A program made the position numbers and the translations under genes. Under the pieces are notes generated by a model, which had not been told where the DNA came from, did not search any database, and worked only from the letters and a program-made list of their open reading frames with translations. A DNA stretch of 64,000 nucleotides. Source: Candidatus Methanomethylicia archaeon (lineage in GTDB: Archaea > Thermoproteota > Methanomethylicia > CALHIW01). Below, piece after piece: positions 8,423-18,957 of this stretch (its first letter is position 1; each line of letters begins with the position of its first letter). Where the stretch lies: assembly GCA_038845975.1 (NCBI GenBank), contig JAWBQF010000006.1, positions 1 to 64,000 of the forward strand. The letters are read 5' to 3'.

Positions 8423-11040
8423 TGGATAGAATTGTTAGGGGATACATACTTCCGAAAGCTGGAAATATACATGTTGAGGAGATATCATATATTGAAGGAG
8501 AGGAAATGCTTAGAAAATATGAAGAGGTTCTTAGTAACATTATATCAAGCTTTCTGAATACGAGAAAAATAGATAAGATAAGAAGTGGGGAAGAGCTTTA
8601 CGATCTATTAAACGAGATCGTCGTAACGATTAGATGGACACTATATCTTGACCCAATACCTAAAGTTATACCTTCCCCTGCATTCCTCATAATTTATCTA
8701 ATTAGAAACAAAAACCTAAAGCTGTTCAGTAAAGACACTATTAGCGGCCTACATGAGACACCGGTAATAGAGGATGCATTGAAAAGATCGGTCGAATACG
8801 AGAGACTTAGGGAATACGTAATGGATATTCTACGATATCCCGCAGATACCCGATATGGAGCCAACACATCATCGCTCCTAATACATATGATTACGACATC
8901 AGCTATAGCTTCATGTCTTCTTTTAAGCAGATTTAAAGATGTGAAGGACATTCAAAATATGCTTATAATCTTAAGATTGATATCGCTATTTCATGATGTC
9001 GGCAAATTCAATATGAGGGAATGGCATAGACATGAGGATAAATCAATGGAATTCATGGATAAAGTATTTAGTGAATATGTTGATGGGGATGCTAAAAAGC
9101 TTATAGATGATGCTAAGAAAATTATGAGGGAGAATACAGGCACTATTATGGATATATTTAGGGAGGCTGATAGAATTTCAAGCAATATAGATAGGCTTGT
9201 AAGATATATTCCGGACATGTTATCGGAGAAGGTGAAAGCGGAGCTTATAGAATGTGCAGGTAAATATGGTAGATCGGTAGAGGATGCATATAGGGACTGG
9301 AAGTTTTGGGATTTCGTAGGATATGAAATGATTAAAAAGCTTACAGAGGATTTCTGTAGGAATGCATCAAGAATAGATAGTAGAAATCCGATAATAAGAG
9401 CGGAGGTTGAGTTGAAGGAGGACTGGAAAGAATTAAAGGAGATATTAGTGACGAGATTTGATGTTAGAGGCATTCAAAACTACATTAGGGTTAACGATTT
9501 ACGGTCAATATGTGGTGCAAGTAGAATAGTTGACTTTACATGTTTAGTATCAATACCATGCTTTATAATCAACAATCTTAAACTCCCAGCTGAATGTATA
9601 CTATACTTTGGAGGAGGGAGCATTACAGTAGTAACGCCGCCAGATAAGGTTAGTGAATTCAGTAAGCTATGTAGTGAAGCTAAGCGTGAGCTAGGGCTTA
9701 ACATTATATATGGCTCATCTTACTTCCACTCATCGTTCTCAATAGTAAACTACAATATAGATTGCGAATTGATGAGAAGGAAGATACTTGAGGATGAGGA
9801 ATTGAATGTGGAGCCAAACATATCCTATATATGTGATTTCTGCGGATCCAGTAGAGTAGAGGTATTGGATGGAAATAGGGAGAAGGTAGGGGACAGCCTA
9901 GTATGTAGGGCATGTAGGGTTAAGTATGATGTTGGTGATAGCATATATCTTAACTGGAGGATCAGGAGGGTAAAGAGTTTATTAAGCTTAAATGTTGATT
10001 TAGATAAGCTTAAGAAATACGTGATGGAGTATATAGCTGGGGTAAAGTATGAATCCATAGAGAGGGAATATATCGAGAGGTATCCGAACATAGCGTTGAT
10101 AAGATTTGATGCCAATCTAGCATCCTTAATTATGATGTCATGTACATCCATAAGTGATGCCGTTGAGAGAAGTATTAGGATTGATTATAGCGTTAAGAAG
10201 GCTCTCCACGATGTTATCGATTATGTTAGGAACAAATATGCAGAGGAATATTTTAGGCTCATATTAGGTATAATATATGTTGGAGGGGATGATGGCTTTA
10301 TGCTTTGCCCATCATATATTGCACTACCATTAACAATACATCTAGCTAGGGAATTCAATATTCAGATGGGCGGTAAGGCAACACTATCAATAGGTATTGC
10401 TGTAGCTAAACCTAAACATCCAATTCTTGAATTATATAGATCTGCAGGCTACCTACTAGATAAATATGCTAAGGGAAGCGCTAGAGGGGAATCCGTTAAG
10501 ATAGCTGGAGGCTCTGATCATAAGTTTTATGGCTCGCTTGCATTCTATGTCGCTGATGGTGGGGTAATGACTGAACACGTATTAGACCATGTAATCGATC
10601 TTGTAGGTAGTAAGAGGCTGAGCTTGATGTATGATGAGATGGGAAAGATAGGATCCTATATGATTTCAAGTATTCAAGAGGATAACTCGATATTTAGATT
10701 GTTAAGCATAGTTTTCGGTGATATAGATATAGAAACGTTCAACTATAGGGGCTTAATGGATATGATTATAAACTCAATAAATGAAAAGCAAAGAAGCGGT
10801 GAAAGCGATCTACATAATAGACTTACAGACATAAGAAATGATGCTCTGGATATAGTTAAGAAAACCCTATTTACAGATGATAGTGTTAAGGTTAAGATAA
10901 TATATGCTAAGAGACAGAGCAAAAGATTAGGACATCGCTATATAGATATTCTTAAGTATTTATTTAGCTTGAAGGAAATGAGGTTTCCACTTCATGATCT
11001 TCTTCAAATAGTTAAGATTGTAGGTGGGGGAATTGAATAG
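8422..11040 (+). CDS. cas10: Cas10 with HD nuclease and palm (cyclase) domains
   Basis: H..LFHDVGK..ADRISS HD domain, CDFC/CRAC Zn finger, YVGGDD palm motif. Confidence 0.95.
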   Translation: MDRIVRGYILPKAGNIHVEEISYIEGEEMLRKYEEVLSNIISSFLNTRKIDKIRSGEELYDLLNEIVVTIRWTLYLDPIPKVIPSPAFLIIYLIRNKNLKLFSKDTISGLHETPVIEDALKRSVEYERLREYVMDILRYPADTRYGANTSSLLIHMITTSAIASCLLLSRFKDVKDIQNMLIILRLISLFHDVGKFNMREWHRHEDKSMEFMDKVFSEYVDGDAKKLIDDAKKIMRENTGTIMDIFREADRISSNIDRLVRYIPDMLSEKVKAELIECAGKYGRSVEDAYRDWKFWDFVGYEMIKKLTEDFCRNASRIDSRNPIIRAEVELKEDWKELKEILVTRFDVRGIQNYIRVNDLRSICGASRIVDFTCLVSIPCFIINNLKLPAECILYFGGGSITVVTPPDKVSEFSKLCSEAKRELGLNIIYGSSYFHSSFSIVNYNIDCELMRRKILEDEELNVEPNISYICDFCGSSRVEVLDGNREKVGDSLVCRACRVKYDVGDSIYLNWRIRRVKSLLSLNVDLDKLKKYVMEYIAGVKYESIEREYIERYPNIALIRFDANLASLIMMSCTSISDAVERSIRIDYSVKKALHDVIDYVRNKYAEEYFRLILGIIYVGGDDGFMLCPSYIALPLTIHLAREFNIQMGGKATLSIGIAVAKPKHPILELYRSAGYLLDKYAKGSARGESVKIAGGSDHKFYGSLAFYVADGGVMTEHVLDHVIDLVGSKRLSLMYDEMGKIGSYMISSIQEDNSIFRLLSIVFGDIDIETFNYRGLMDMIINSINEKQRSGESDLHNRLTDIRNDALDIVKKTLFTDDSVKVKIIYAKRQSKRLGHRYIDILKYLFSLKEMRFPLHDLLQIVKIVGGGIE

Positions 11041-11659
11041 CCAGATTAAGATAGAGCTTGAACTGATAGCTGAGAGGAAGCTTAATATCGGAGCTGGAGG
11101 AGTAGCGCCCAAGATAAAAGCAGATATGCCTATGATGTCCATTAAGGCATTTAACAATGAGGACTACGTATTCATTCCCGGATCAACCATTAAAGGATTG
11201 CTTAGAACGAGCTTAATAAGGATTTCAAGTCTACTCGGATATGAAAACATAACGTATACTGTAAATCCGGAGGATAAAATGGGTGACGATATTGTTGTAA
11301 GGCTTTTCGGTAAGCCAAATCAAAACGTTCAAAGTAAGGTTTCGGTGGAAAGCGTAATGATTAAGGAATCAACGGAAACATTAACACATGTTAGGATAGA
11401 TGATAAGTCAAGAACGGCTATAGAGGGTGGACTATTCTCGATCGAATATTTACCGATAGGAAGTATTATTAGAGCAGTAATTGAGGCTAGGGAGCTGAAT
11501 ATCGAGGAGGCTAGAGCGCTTATGGCAGCTATATTGAATCTAAGATATGAGAGGATAGGTAAATCAGGAATTGTTAACGTTAGGATTAGGGATGCATCTG
11601 GAATTGAAAGCTATCTATCAGACCCCATCATTAAGGAGATATATGAGTCCTTAAGGTGA
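11024..11659 (+). CDS. Cas7-group RAMP
   Basis: LNIGAGG..AD, IPGSTIKGLLR, LFG, THVRIDD. Confidence 0.88.
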   Translation: MGELNSQIKIELELIAERKLNIGAGGVAPKIKADMPMMSIKAFNNEDYVFIPGSTIKGLLRTSLIRISSLLGYENITYTVNPEDKMGDDIVVRLFGKPNQNVQSKVSVESVMIKESTETLTHVRIDDKSRTAIEGGLFSIEYLPIGSIIRAVIEARELNIEEARALMAAILNLRYERIGKSGIVNVRIRDASGIESYLSDPIIKEIYESLR

Positions 11660-11663
11660 TAAC

Positions 11664-12677
11664 GTGAGGATATATAGCTTGGAGTTAACCGTTAATACGC
11701 CATTAATAATTACTGGAGCCAAGTACGGTAGGGTTATCGAGCATAGCATTAACTATATTCCAGGATCATCTATTAGAGGATCAATACTTACACTTTTAAA
11801 ATTCATGAATTCAAAGCTCGTTGATGAGGAAATATCAACTCCGAAAATGATTTTCCATCCAGCATATCCTATAAGCCAAGATGGAAACCAATCCTATCCA
11901 TCGGATCCATTAACGTTTAAATGTAAGATATGTGGGGAAATAGTTCAACTTCCAGTTAAATCCCCTGAAGACCTGAGGATACCTACTAAATATGGAGAGA
12001 ACCATATATGTATGTTCAAAAACATAGGGGGCTCCCTAATCTATTGTAGGAATGGGAAGTTAAAGAGCTTAAATCTGAAGCATGCATTCATAGAGGCTGT
12101 AGGTATAAATAAGATGTTAAGAAGCTCAGAAACTGGTCTACTATATAGTTATGTTGCTCTTGCTCCAGGAGTAGTGTTTAGAGGGTTGGTTATCGATCCT
12201 ATAGATAGGCTTGAACAAATGATTAAGGATGTAGGTTTAAGCATGAATAGCTTGAAGCTGAAAATCGGTAGGAGGGTATCTGCTGGGCTTGGACGTGTAG
12301 AGGCTAAAATAGCTGAGGATAAAAACTATATTGATAGGAGAATTAAACAGCTATCTAGTACTAACGGTACACTATGTCTGCTAGCTAAGTCACCTGTCTT
12401 CAATTTAGACTATGATGAGAAGGATATCTTCCCAACAGTTAAGAGCATTGGGAGTCTACCAGTAAAATACGTATTCAAAACTGGAATAGTTGAGGTCTCA
12501 GGCTATAGTATTAAGTCGAATACTCCTAAAGTCATGATTAAAGGATTAAATATTGGGTCGCTAATAGTTCCTGATGCTAGGAATATATGTGTGGAGGACT
12601 TGGTGAAGCTGGAGCTTCATGGAGTAGGGCCATTCTCGACTGCAGGATTGAATATTGTTGAGGTGGTTAAGAGGTGA
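11664..12677 (+). CDS. Cas5-group RAMP (Csm4/Csx10-like)
   Basis: YIPGSSIRG, FHPAYP, IGRRVSAGLG and C-terminal GVGPFSTAGLN G-loop. Confidence 0.82.
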   Translation: MRIYSLELTVNTPLIITGAKYGRVIEHSINYIPGSSIRGSILTLLKFMNSKLVDEEISTPKMIFHPAYPISQDGNQSYPSDPLTFKCKICGEIVQLPVKSPEDLRIPTKYGENHICMFKNIGGSLIYCRNGKLKSLNLKHAFIEAVGINKMLRSSETGLLYSYVALAPGVVFRGLVIDPIDRLEQMIKDVGLSMNSLKLKIGRRVSAGLGRVEAKIAEDKNYIDRRIKQLSSTNGTLCLLAKSPVFNLDYDEKDIFPTVKSIGSLPVKYVFKTGIVEVSGYSIKSNTPKVMIKGLNIGSLIVPDARNICVEDLVKLELHGVGPFSTAGLNIVEVVKR

Positions 12678-13600
12678 TTGATTACAGATTAAATTCAAGA
12701 TATATAATCAACATGAGGATAAATCCGATAAGCCCAATACATATAGGGGCAGGTGAAGAGGGATTCGTAAAGGGAATAGTATCCATGAAAATCTCAGGAA
12801 TCACACTACCGATAATTCCGGCTGAAAGCATAAAGGGAATACTAAGAAGTATGGCTACTAGAATAGCTAACAGTATAAGATTTAATAAGGTTATGTATGA
12901 CTTCAATATAGATGAAATTGTTAAAAGTCATGATAAAGATGTTCATACAGGCTACCTAGAGAAAACACTTAAGGAAAGTAGTGGGGAGGAGTTAAGGAGG
13001 AGAATTTGGAAAACCCTAAGTAGTATAGGGTTAAGCGATAAACAGATAAGTAAATTCATAGATGAAGTTGGAAGTAGGGAAGCATTAGAGCTCTCATTAT
13101 CTCTTCTATGCCCTATCTGTCTACTCTTCGGCTCAAGACATTATGCAGGTAAAATACTGATTACAGATGCCATACCAGTAGATCAAAATGGGGAAATTGC
13201 AAAGCCGGAAATAGAGACAAGAACATGCGTCAGCATATCGAGGAGATATAGAGTAGCAGAGCCGGAGAAACTATATACGATACAATACATAACCCCGAGG
13301 AACATATCGTTTAAATCTAAGATGATAATCGATAACGTTATGAAGGGAGATACGGAGGCCAAACTATTAGCATACCTACTAAAACATATAAGTGAAAATG
13401 AAGTTGTAATAGGTGGGTTGAAAAGTAGAGGTTTTGGATTCGTTAAGATAGATTCTGAAATAATGAAAATGAAGCTTACAAAACCGAAAAACATAAGTGA
13501 TCTAGGTACAATAATGAGTAACATTAAGGCATTACTAATGAGAGAGGATGCTGTGGAGAAGTTAACAATAAGCCAGATGATAATAGACTTAACTAATTAA
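12674..13600 (+). CDS. Cas7-group RAMP
   Basis: PIHIGAG, IPAESIKGILRS, CPICLLFG, IGGLKSRGFG. Confidence 0.9.
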   Translation: MIDYRLNSRYIINMRINPISPIHIGAGEEGFVKGIVSMKISGITLPIIPAESIKGILRSMATRIANSIRFNKVMYDFNIDEIVKSHDKDVHTGYLEKTLKESSGEELRRRIWKTLSSIGLSDKQISKFIDEVGSREALELSLSLLCPICLLFGSRHYAGKILITDAIPVDQNGEIAKPEIETRTCVSISRRYRVAEPEKLYTIQYITPRNISFKSKMIIDNVMKGDTEAKLLAYLLKHISENEVVIGGLKSRGFGFVKIDSEIMKMKLTKPKNISDLGTIMSNIKALLMREDAVEKLTISQMIIDLTN

Positions 13601-13606
13601 TCTTTT

Positions 13607-14857
13607 ATGAGCTTTCAGTTAACATTATTTGAACTTGGATTAATAACAAGATTACTAGTGGAAACGCCATTAAGAATCCTAGGCGACCTAGTTAAAGCCA
13701 CATATTACAAGACAAGCGATTTTGAAGGTTATGTTAAAAAATCACTAGAAAATGTATTGAAATCAATTCAAGTTGTAACACAAACAGTAAATATAGAGGA
13801 AGAAATGATACAGAATACAAAAGAGAGAATGAACAGAAGGGAAGAAACAATACAAAACATAGAAGGAGAGAAGGAAAAGATTGCTGATATGATAATTAAT
13901 GATTGTTTTAAGATTATTAGAGATGATGTTCTTAATGAATTACCAATTGACTTAATAATACTACCTATAAGGTTTAGTGATTGTCTATTCTTAATTATTG
14001 ATAGATACCTTAAATTACTTACTGGTACTCATGATACTGAATTGATAAAAGTATTGGATAATGTTATTTTCAACATTTCTAGCTACCTAATGAGCCAAAT
14101 TTACCTAATTATAGATAGGCATGAAAATGGATTTAGTGAAGTAGCTCATTATATAGCTGATAACATTAATAATATTAAATATCTATATAATATTAAACCT
14201 AAGCTCCTATTTGACCTACTTGACTTATCTAAACAAAAAGGAAATATTAGAAAGTGTATGGATATGAATGGGAATGAATACTATGTATTTGATGTAAAAA
14301 GCTTTGGTGATGATGCTAGACCGATTATAGATGTTCTTAACAATAAGCATCCAATAAAATATTATACTGATGTTTTTGAATGCGACTTCCATAAAGAGCT
14401 ATATTTAAGTGAGAGGAAATGTAGTAGAGGCGACCTCTTAAAGCATAGGGAGAATGTTTTTCTAATACCCTACTCTCTACTTGAAGTAGATATTGGGAGA
14501 ATATTGGAGGCTCTTGTTTATTTAAGGCTAAGAAGCAATATTAGAGCTAATAAATTACTGATTACACATAACGTTTTACTTAATAATATAGAGTATGACA
14601 TATTAAGCTTTCAACTTACCTATACTGGATCGTATAGAGATGTATTGGATATTGAGATAGATGCTATTAATGTATTTGAATGTAAGAAAACAGTTGAAGA
14701 GAAAGATATGCGTGAATTCGATCAAGATATGAAGATGCTAGAGAAACACGTGTATGGCGTAAAAATCAACCCGTATATTATTTGCATTGAGAGTGAAGTT
14801 GCTGAAAAGGATAACATTATATTACTTGAAGATTGGGAGAAGCTTGATAGGCTTTAG
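13607..14857 (+). CDS. Hypothetical protein with N-terminal coiled/helical region and C-terminal PD-(D/E)xK nuclease-like domain
   Basis: ILEALVY...EYDIL...VFECK pattern; starts 6 nt after the last RAMP gene. Confidence 0.65.
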   Translation: MSFQLTLFELGLITRLLVETPLRILGDLVKATYYKTSDFEGYVKKSLENVLKSIQVVTQTVNIEEEMIQNTKERMNRREETIQNIEGEKEKIADMIINDCFKIIRDDVLNELPIDLIILPIRFSDCLFLIIDRYLKLLTGTHDTELIKVLDNVIFNISSYLMSQIYLIIDRHENGFSEVAHYIADNINNIKYLYNIKPKLLFDLLDLSKQKGNIRKCMDMNGNEYYVFDVKSFGDDARPIIDVLNNKHPIKYYTDVFECDFHKELYLSERKCSRGDLLKHRENVFLIPYSLLEVDIGRILEALVYLRLRSNIRANKLLITHNVLLNNIEYDILSFQLTYTGSYRDVLDIEIDAINVFECKKTVEEKDMREFDQDMKMLEKHVYGVKINPYIICIESEVAEKDNIILLEDWEKLDRL

Positions 14858-14889
14858 CTTTTTTAATGTAAATTATTAATTCAAAAATG

Positions 14890-15150
14890 AGTTCTTGATG
14901 AATTAACAGATGATGTAATGAAAGAATCTAATCTACTTTCTACTATATGTTAAGCATGCTAATAAAGGGGATGGAAGGCTTTATTGGGGGATGGAAAAGT
15001 AGAGGCTATGGATATGTAGTGTTTAAGTGTAATAAGATATCTATTCATGATGTGAGTGAAATGTTAAAAGGCTTACTACCATTAGAATACGAGGAAGGTA
15101 AGGCTTTAGAATTTGTTAGCAAAACAATAGTTGAACTTGGAGGGGGATAG
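14890..15150 (+). pseudogene. C-terminal remnant of a Cas7 RAMP
   Basis: GFIGGWKSRGYG G-rich loop; N-terminus absent. Confidence 0.8.
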
Positions 15151-15152
15151 CT

Positions 15153-15615
15153 TTGAGCTATCGCTTTGGAAAACTAGTATTACTATATAAATTAACCTTA
15201 AACATAGTAGCTAAAGGTCCAGTTAGAATAGGAGCAGGTAAGTGTGATAGAACACCATAGAAATAGATCTGCTAGTAGTGAGGGATGCCAATGGTAATCC
15301 CATTATACCTGGGGCAGGTCTTAAAGGCTTCTTTAAGGCAAACTTTAGTAGAGCAATTAAGGGTTTAGGAGTGGCTAATTATGAGCAGTATACTTGGAGT
15401 TTCAGCTGTTAAATCAAGTAGTGATTCTGAATATGCATCATCAGTATTTTTCACTGATGCTATGATTAATGTTAAAGCAATAGATAAACCAATAACACTT
15501 GTAAGGAAACATATTCAAAATAAATCCTAAAGCAAGAGGAGTTATGCATGGTTCATTTAATGTAGAGTATATAGCTGAAGGAATAGTGTTGTACTACTTG
15601 AAAGACTGGGGTTAA
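15153..15615 (+). pseudogene. Frameshifted Cas7 RAMP (N-terminal part)
   Basis: GPVRIGAG / IDLLVVRDANGNPIIPGAGLKGFF / ASSVFFTDA read in successive frames. Confidence 0.82.
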
Positions 15616-15689
15616 TGGAATTTGATAATCCATGCTATTGATATGGATTGTTTCTTGAATTGATTATGTAGATTAATAGTAAGTTTTAG

Positions 15690-17705
15690 ATGTTGGTTAT
15701 GCGTCGTATTACACGTGGATTAAGGCTTTGCCCTAAATGTGAATCCGTAATGATGCCATGTGTAGGTGGGATTTACTGTGTAAGATGTGGTTACAGTGAG
15801 AGAGTGAATGTAGCTTCTAGAGGATTTGTAGGGAGAAATTTAGATTTAGATGAGGTTGAGAGGTTAATTGTTAATGAAAGGAGGGAGACGGTTAGAGATT
15901 TGAGATCTCTAAGGGCTAGGGTTGTTGATGTTTCCCATGGTATTGCTGTTTTGGAGGTTAGGTCTATAGGTGTTTTTCAGCCAGGTGATCCTGTAGGTAT
16001 TATTGCTCATGGACTTCGTTTTCTCGGTACGGTATTGGATGCTAGTATAGGTCAACTAACAATAATTTTAGCGGGAAATCCAAATATAGGTGAGGGTAGA
16101 ATTGTTAGAGTGTTTAATTATGAGCCTTTAATTAGTTATGATCTTCAATTATCGTTAATCAATTACTTAAAATCCTTACCCTCTGAAATACCTATATCCA
16201 TAAGTAATCAAGAGGCTTTCAACATAGTTCTTAATATGGTGGATTTTCCTGATCTTAAGTATTCTAAGCTTCATGATTGTAGGGATGTTAGGGATGGTTT
16301 TAGGCTTGATAGCTCTCAGGTAAAAGCTGTTGAGGCTGCATTAGCGTTGGAAGATAATGAGTTGCTGCTAATTATTGGTCCTCCGGGAACTGGTAAGACT
16401 AGGGTTATTGCTAAGATAGCCTATGAATTAGCCAGTAAGGGTGAGAAAATTCTAATCTCATCGCATACTAATAGAGCTGTTGATAATGCTATTGAGCTAC
16501 TACCTATAGAGATTACGCTAAGAGTCGGTAGACCGGAGAAAATACTTGAAAACGTTAAACCCTACTTGTTAAGCTATAGGGCTAGAGAGAAGCTTGGAGA
16601 AAAGCTGAGAAGTATTGAAAACGAAATTAGAAATAGTCTAGAATTAATTAGGAAGTATATGATGGGTTTGGGAGGCGAAGCATATAAGGAGAATATTAGG
16701 GAATGTAAGCATAGATTAAAGATTCTCATTGAAGATAGGAATAATATGGTTAGGATGCAGGCTGAAAAACTAGTTTATGAAGCGAAAATTATTGGCTCAA
16801 CTCTAGTTAAGTCTCAGCTTCCACCGCTTCATAATATAGATTTTGATACTGTTATTATTGATGAGGCAAGCCAAGCATCAGTAATGCTTGCTCTACTAGG
16901 GATGATTAAGGGTAGGAAGTGGATAGTTGTTGGAGACCATAAACAGCTACTACCAATATTTAAATCCGCTAGAAACTATGAGTTAAATGAGAGGTTAAGT
17001 GTATTTGTTAATTTATTGAGAAAGTATGAGGGGAGGAGTTTATGGCTTCAATGGCATTATAGAAGCAATAGAGATATTATAGGTTTTCCTGCAGAATATG
17101 TTTACAATGGTAGGATAAAGCCAGTAGATAAATGTATAGGGAAGATATTGAAGGGGCTTAGTAGAAGACCTAGTATAGATGTTTTAAACCCTGAAAAACC
17201 AGTAGTCTTCATACATGTTGATGGCAGTGAGGAAGTTGAGGGTAGATCAAGATTTAACGTTAAGGAGATTGAAGCTACAGTAAGTATTACTCATGAATTA
17301 ATCGATTGTGGAATTAATTCTGGAAGTATTGGTATAATATCACCCTATAGAGCTCAGAAAGCTAGAATCGCTGAAAAGCTAGGGAGTGAAAAGGAGATTG
17401 TTAGGAAACTGGAAAGCATGGGAGAATCGATTGAGATAGATACTGTGGATTCATTTCAGGGAAGAGAGAAAGATGTAGTAATATTTACAGTTACGGCGAC
17501 AAATATTGATGGGTTAAGATTTGTATCGAATGAAAATAGGCTTAACGTAGCGTTTACAAGACCAAAATATAAGCTTATAGTTATAGGTAATGGAAGATCA
17601 ATATATAGATATGCAGGGGAAACATTACTCTACAGGTTTCTAGAATACACTTATAAGCTGAAAGCTATATGGAGTTACGAAGATGGGAAATGGATGAGTA
17701 AATAA
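15690..17705 (+). CDS. SF1 helicase, Upf1/Dna2-like, with N-terminal Zn ribbon
   Basis: CPKC/CVRC, GPPGTGKT, DEASQ, GDHKQL, TVDSFQGREK, RLNVAFTR. Confidence 0.93.
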   Translation: MLVMRRITRGLRLCPKCESVMMPCVGGIYCVRCGYSERVNVASRGFVGRNLDLDEVERLIVNERRETVRDLRSLRARVVDVSHGIAVLEVRSIGVFQPGDPVGIIAHGLRFLGTVLDASIGQLTIILAGNPNIGEGRIVRVFNYEPLISYDLQLSLINYLKSLPSEIPISISNQEAFNIVLNMVDFPDLKYSKLHDCRDVRDGFRLDSSQVKAVEAALALEDNELLLIIGPPGTGKTRVIAKIAYELASKGEKILISSHTNRAVDNAIELLPIEITLRVGRPEKILENVKPYLLSYRAREKLGEKLRSIENEIRNSLELIRKYMMGLGGEAYKENIRECKHRLKILIEDRNNMVRMQAEKLVYEAKIIGSTLVKSQLPPLHNIDFDTVIIDEASQASVMLALLGMIKGRKWIVVGDHKQLLPIFKSARNYELNERLSVFVNLLRKYEGRSLWLQWHYRSNRDIIGFPAEYVYNGRIKPVDKCIGKILKGLSRRPSIDVLNPEKPVVFIHVDGSEEVEGRSRFNVKEIEATVSITHELIDCGINSGSIGIISPYRAQKARIAEKLGSEKEIVRKLESMGESIEIDTVDSFQGREKDVVIFTVTATNIDGLRFVSNENRLNVAFTRPKYKLIVIGNGRSIYRYAGETLLYRFLEYTYKLKAIWSYEDGKWMSK

Positions 17706-17955
17706 TTATGTAAATCCACTAAATGAATCTAATATTGAACTCATCTGAAAACCTTTTTTTATGAGTAGGATTCCAATATATGTTTCAGCTATAATACTAC
17801 TTGCACTATTTAAAGTATATGCTTACGCATATCCATACATTAACATCAATCATGTTCTTTCTATTTTGATTTACTATCCATTTCACCGCATTATTCCATC
17901 ACACGTATAGTATTGCTTTTCACCTTCATAATTGAGAAGGGCATAATTAACAAAA

Positions 17956-18696
17956 CTAAAATCTTCTAAACACCATTTTAACAAGTAGATATAGTATTAT
18001 CGCTAAAACTACAAACGATAATACTTTGCTATTTAAAACAATATTTGTAATACTTTCATTTTTATATAGTAAAACATCGTAGAATTCAGCATTTCCATAG
18101 CAATTTACTCCTTCAACATAGAACTGTACAGTTTCCAATCTTTCGCTTTTCAATCCATAATGTCTTAAAGCCCTTTCAATATAGTTGCTAACATTTACAT
18201 CTAGCTCAACCCATTCATTCATTACGTTTCTAATAACATACTGTGCATGATAATCAGGATCAATACTTGGATTATACCAATAGTTTTCATTTGATAAATC
18301 GCTAGCATATAGGAATAAGTCTACTGCTAAATAGTTGTTTGGAAGCTTAACGTATAATGCTATTCCAACATGTACTATATTTCCTGAAGCATTATGGATT
18401 ATGTATTTAGCTTTTAAATATAGATTCTCAATATCGCTTCCCAATAATGGTGGTGCCTTCGTGAAATATGTTAAATAGCCTTGCTGGGAAACATTCCCAA
18501 CCCAGTAGTTATTAGTATTATTAAGCGTAAGTGTAATTGGAAGCTCAGCATAACCGTAAAATGATGATGGATAACCGCCATGATTCCAACTCCATAACCC
18601 CCATCTTTCCCCAGTTATAAAAACCATATTTTGATTCGAAAACGCATAAAGCAGTACAGCTAAAACAAGTATTCCAATAAATAAGTATTCCCGCAT
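17956..18696 (-). CDS. Secreted/membrane-anchored hypothetical protein
   Basis: N-terminal hydrophobic signal, beta-rich aromatic core, C-terminal TM followed by basic residues. Confidence 0.8.
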   Translation of the reverse strand: MREYLFIGILVLAVLLYAFSNQNMVFITGERWGLWSWNHGGYPSSFYGYAELPITLTLNNTNNYWVGNVSQQGYLTYFTKAPPLLGSDIENLYLKAKYIIHNASGNIVHVGIALYVKLPNNYLAVDLFLYASDLSNENYWYNPSIDPDYHAQYVIRNVMNEWVELDVNVSNYIERALRHYGLKSERLETVQFYVEGVNCYGNAEFYDVLLYKNESITNIVLNSKVLSFVVLAIILYLLVKMVFRRF

Positions 18697-18957
18697 AAGA
18701 AATAAGAATTTTATTTTTTATAAAGCTTACTTTACCTTACTTAATACTTTCAGTAAACCCCTACAACTAGCAATATTATTTTGCTGGAGATATTGCATTA
18801 ATAGTACTTAGTGAATACTGGTGTTAATAGCTGCTTGATTTTATCAAGTACTGCTTGCAGTTCTTGGTCATCGCATAGCCATAGATACTTCACTTGACTT
18901 CAACTGTCTTAGCCCCACCAGCTACGCTGAATTCCGCATATTTACTCCAGTAATATG

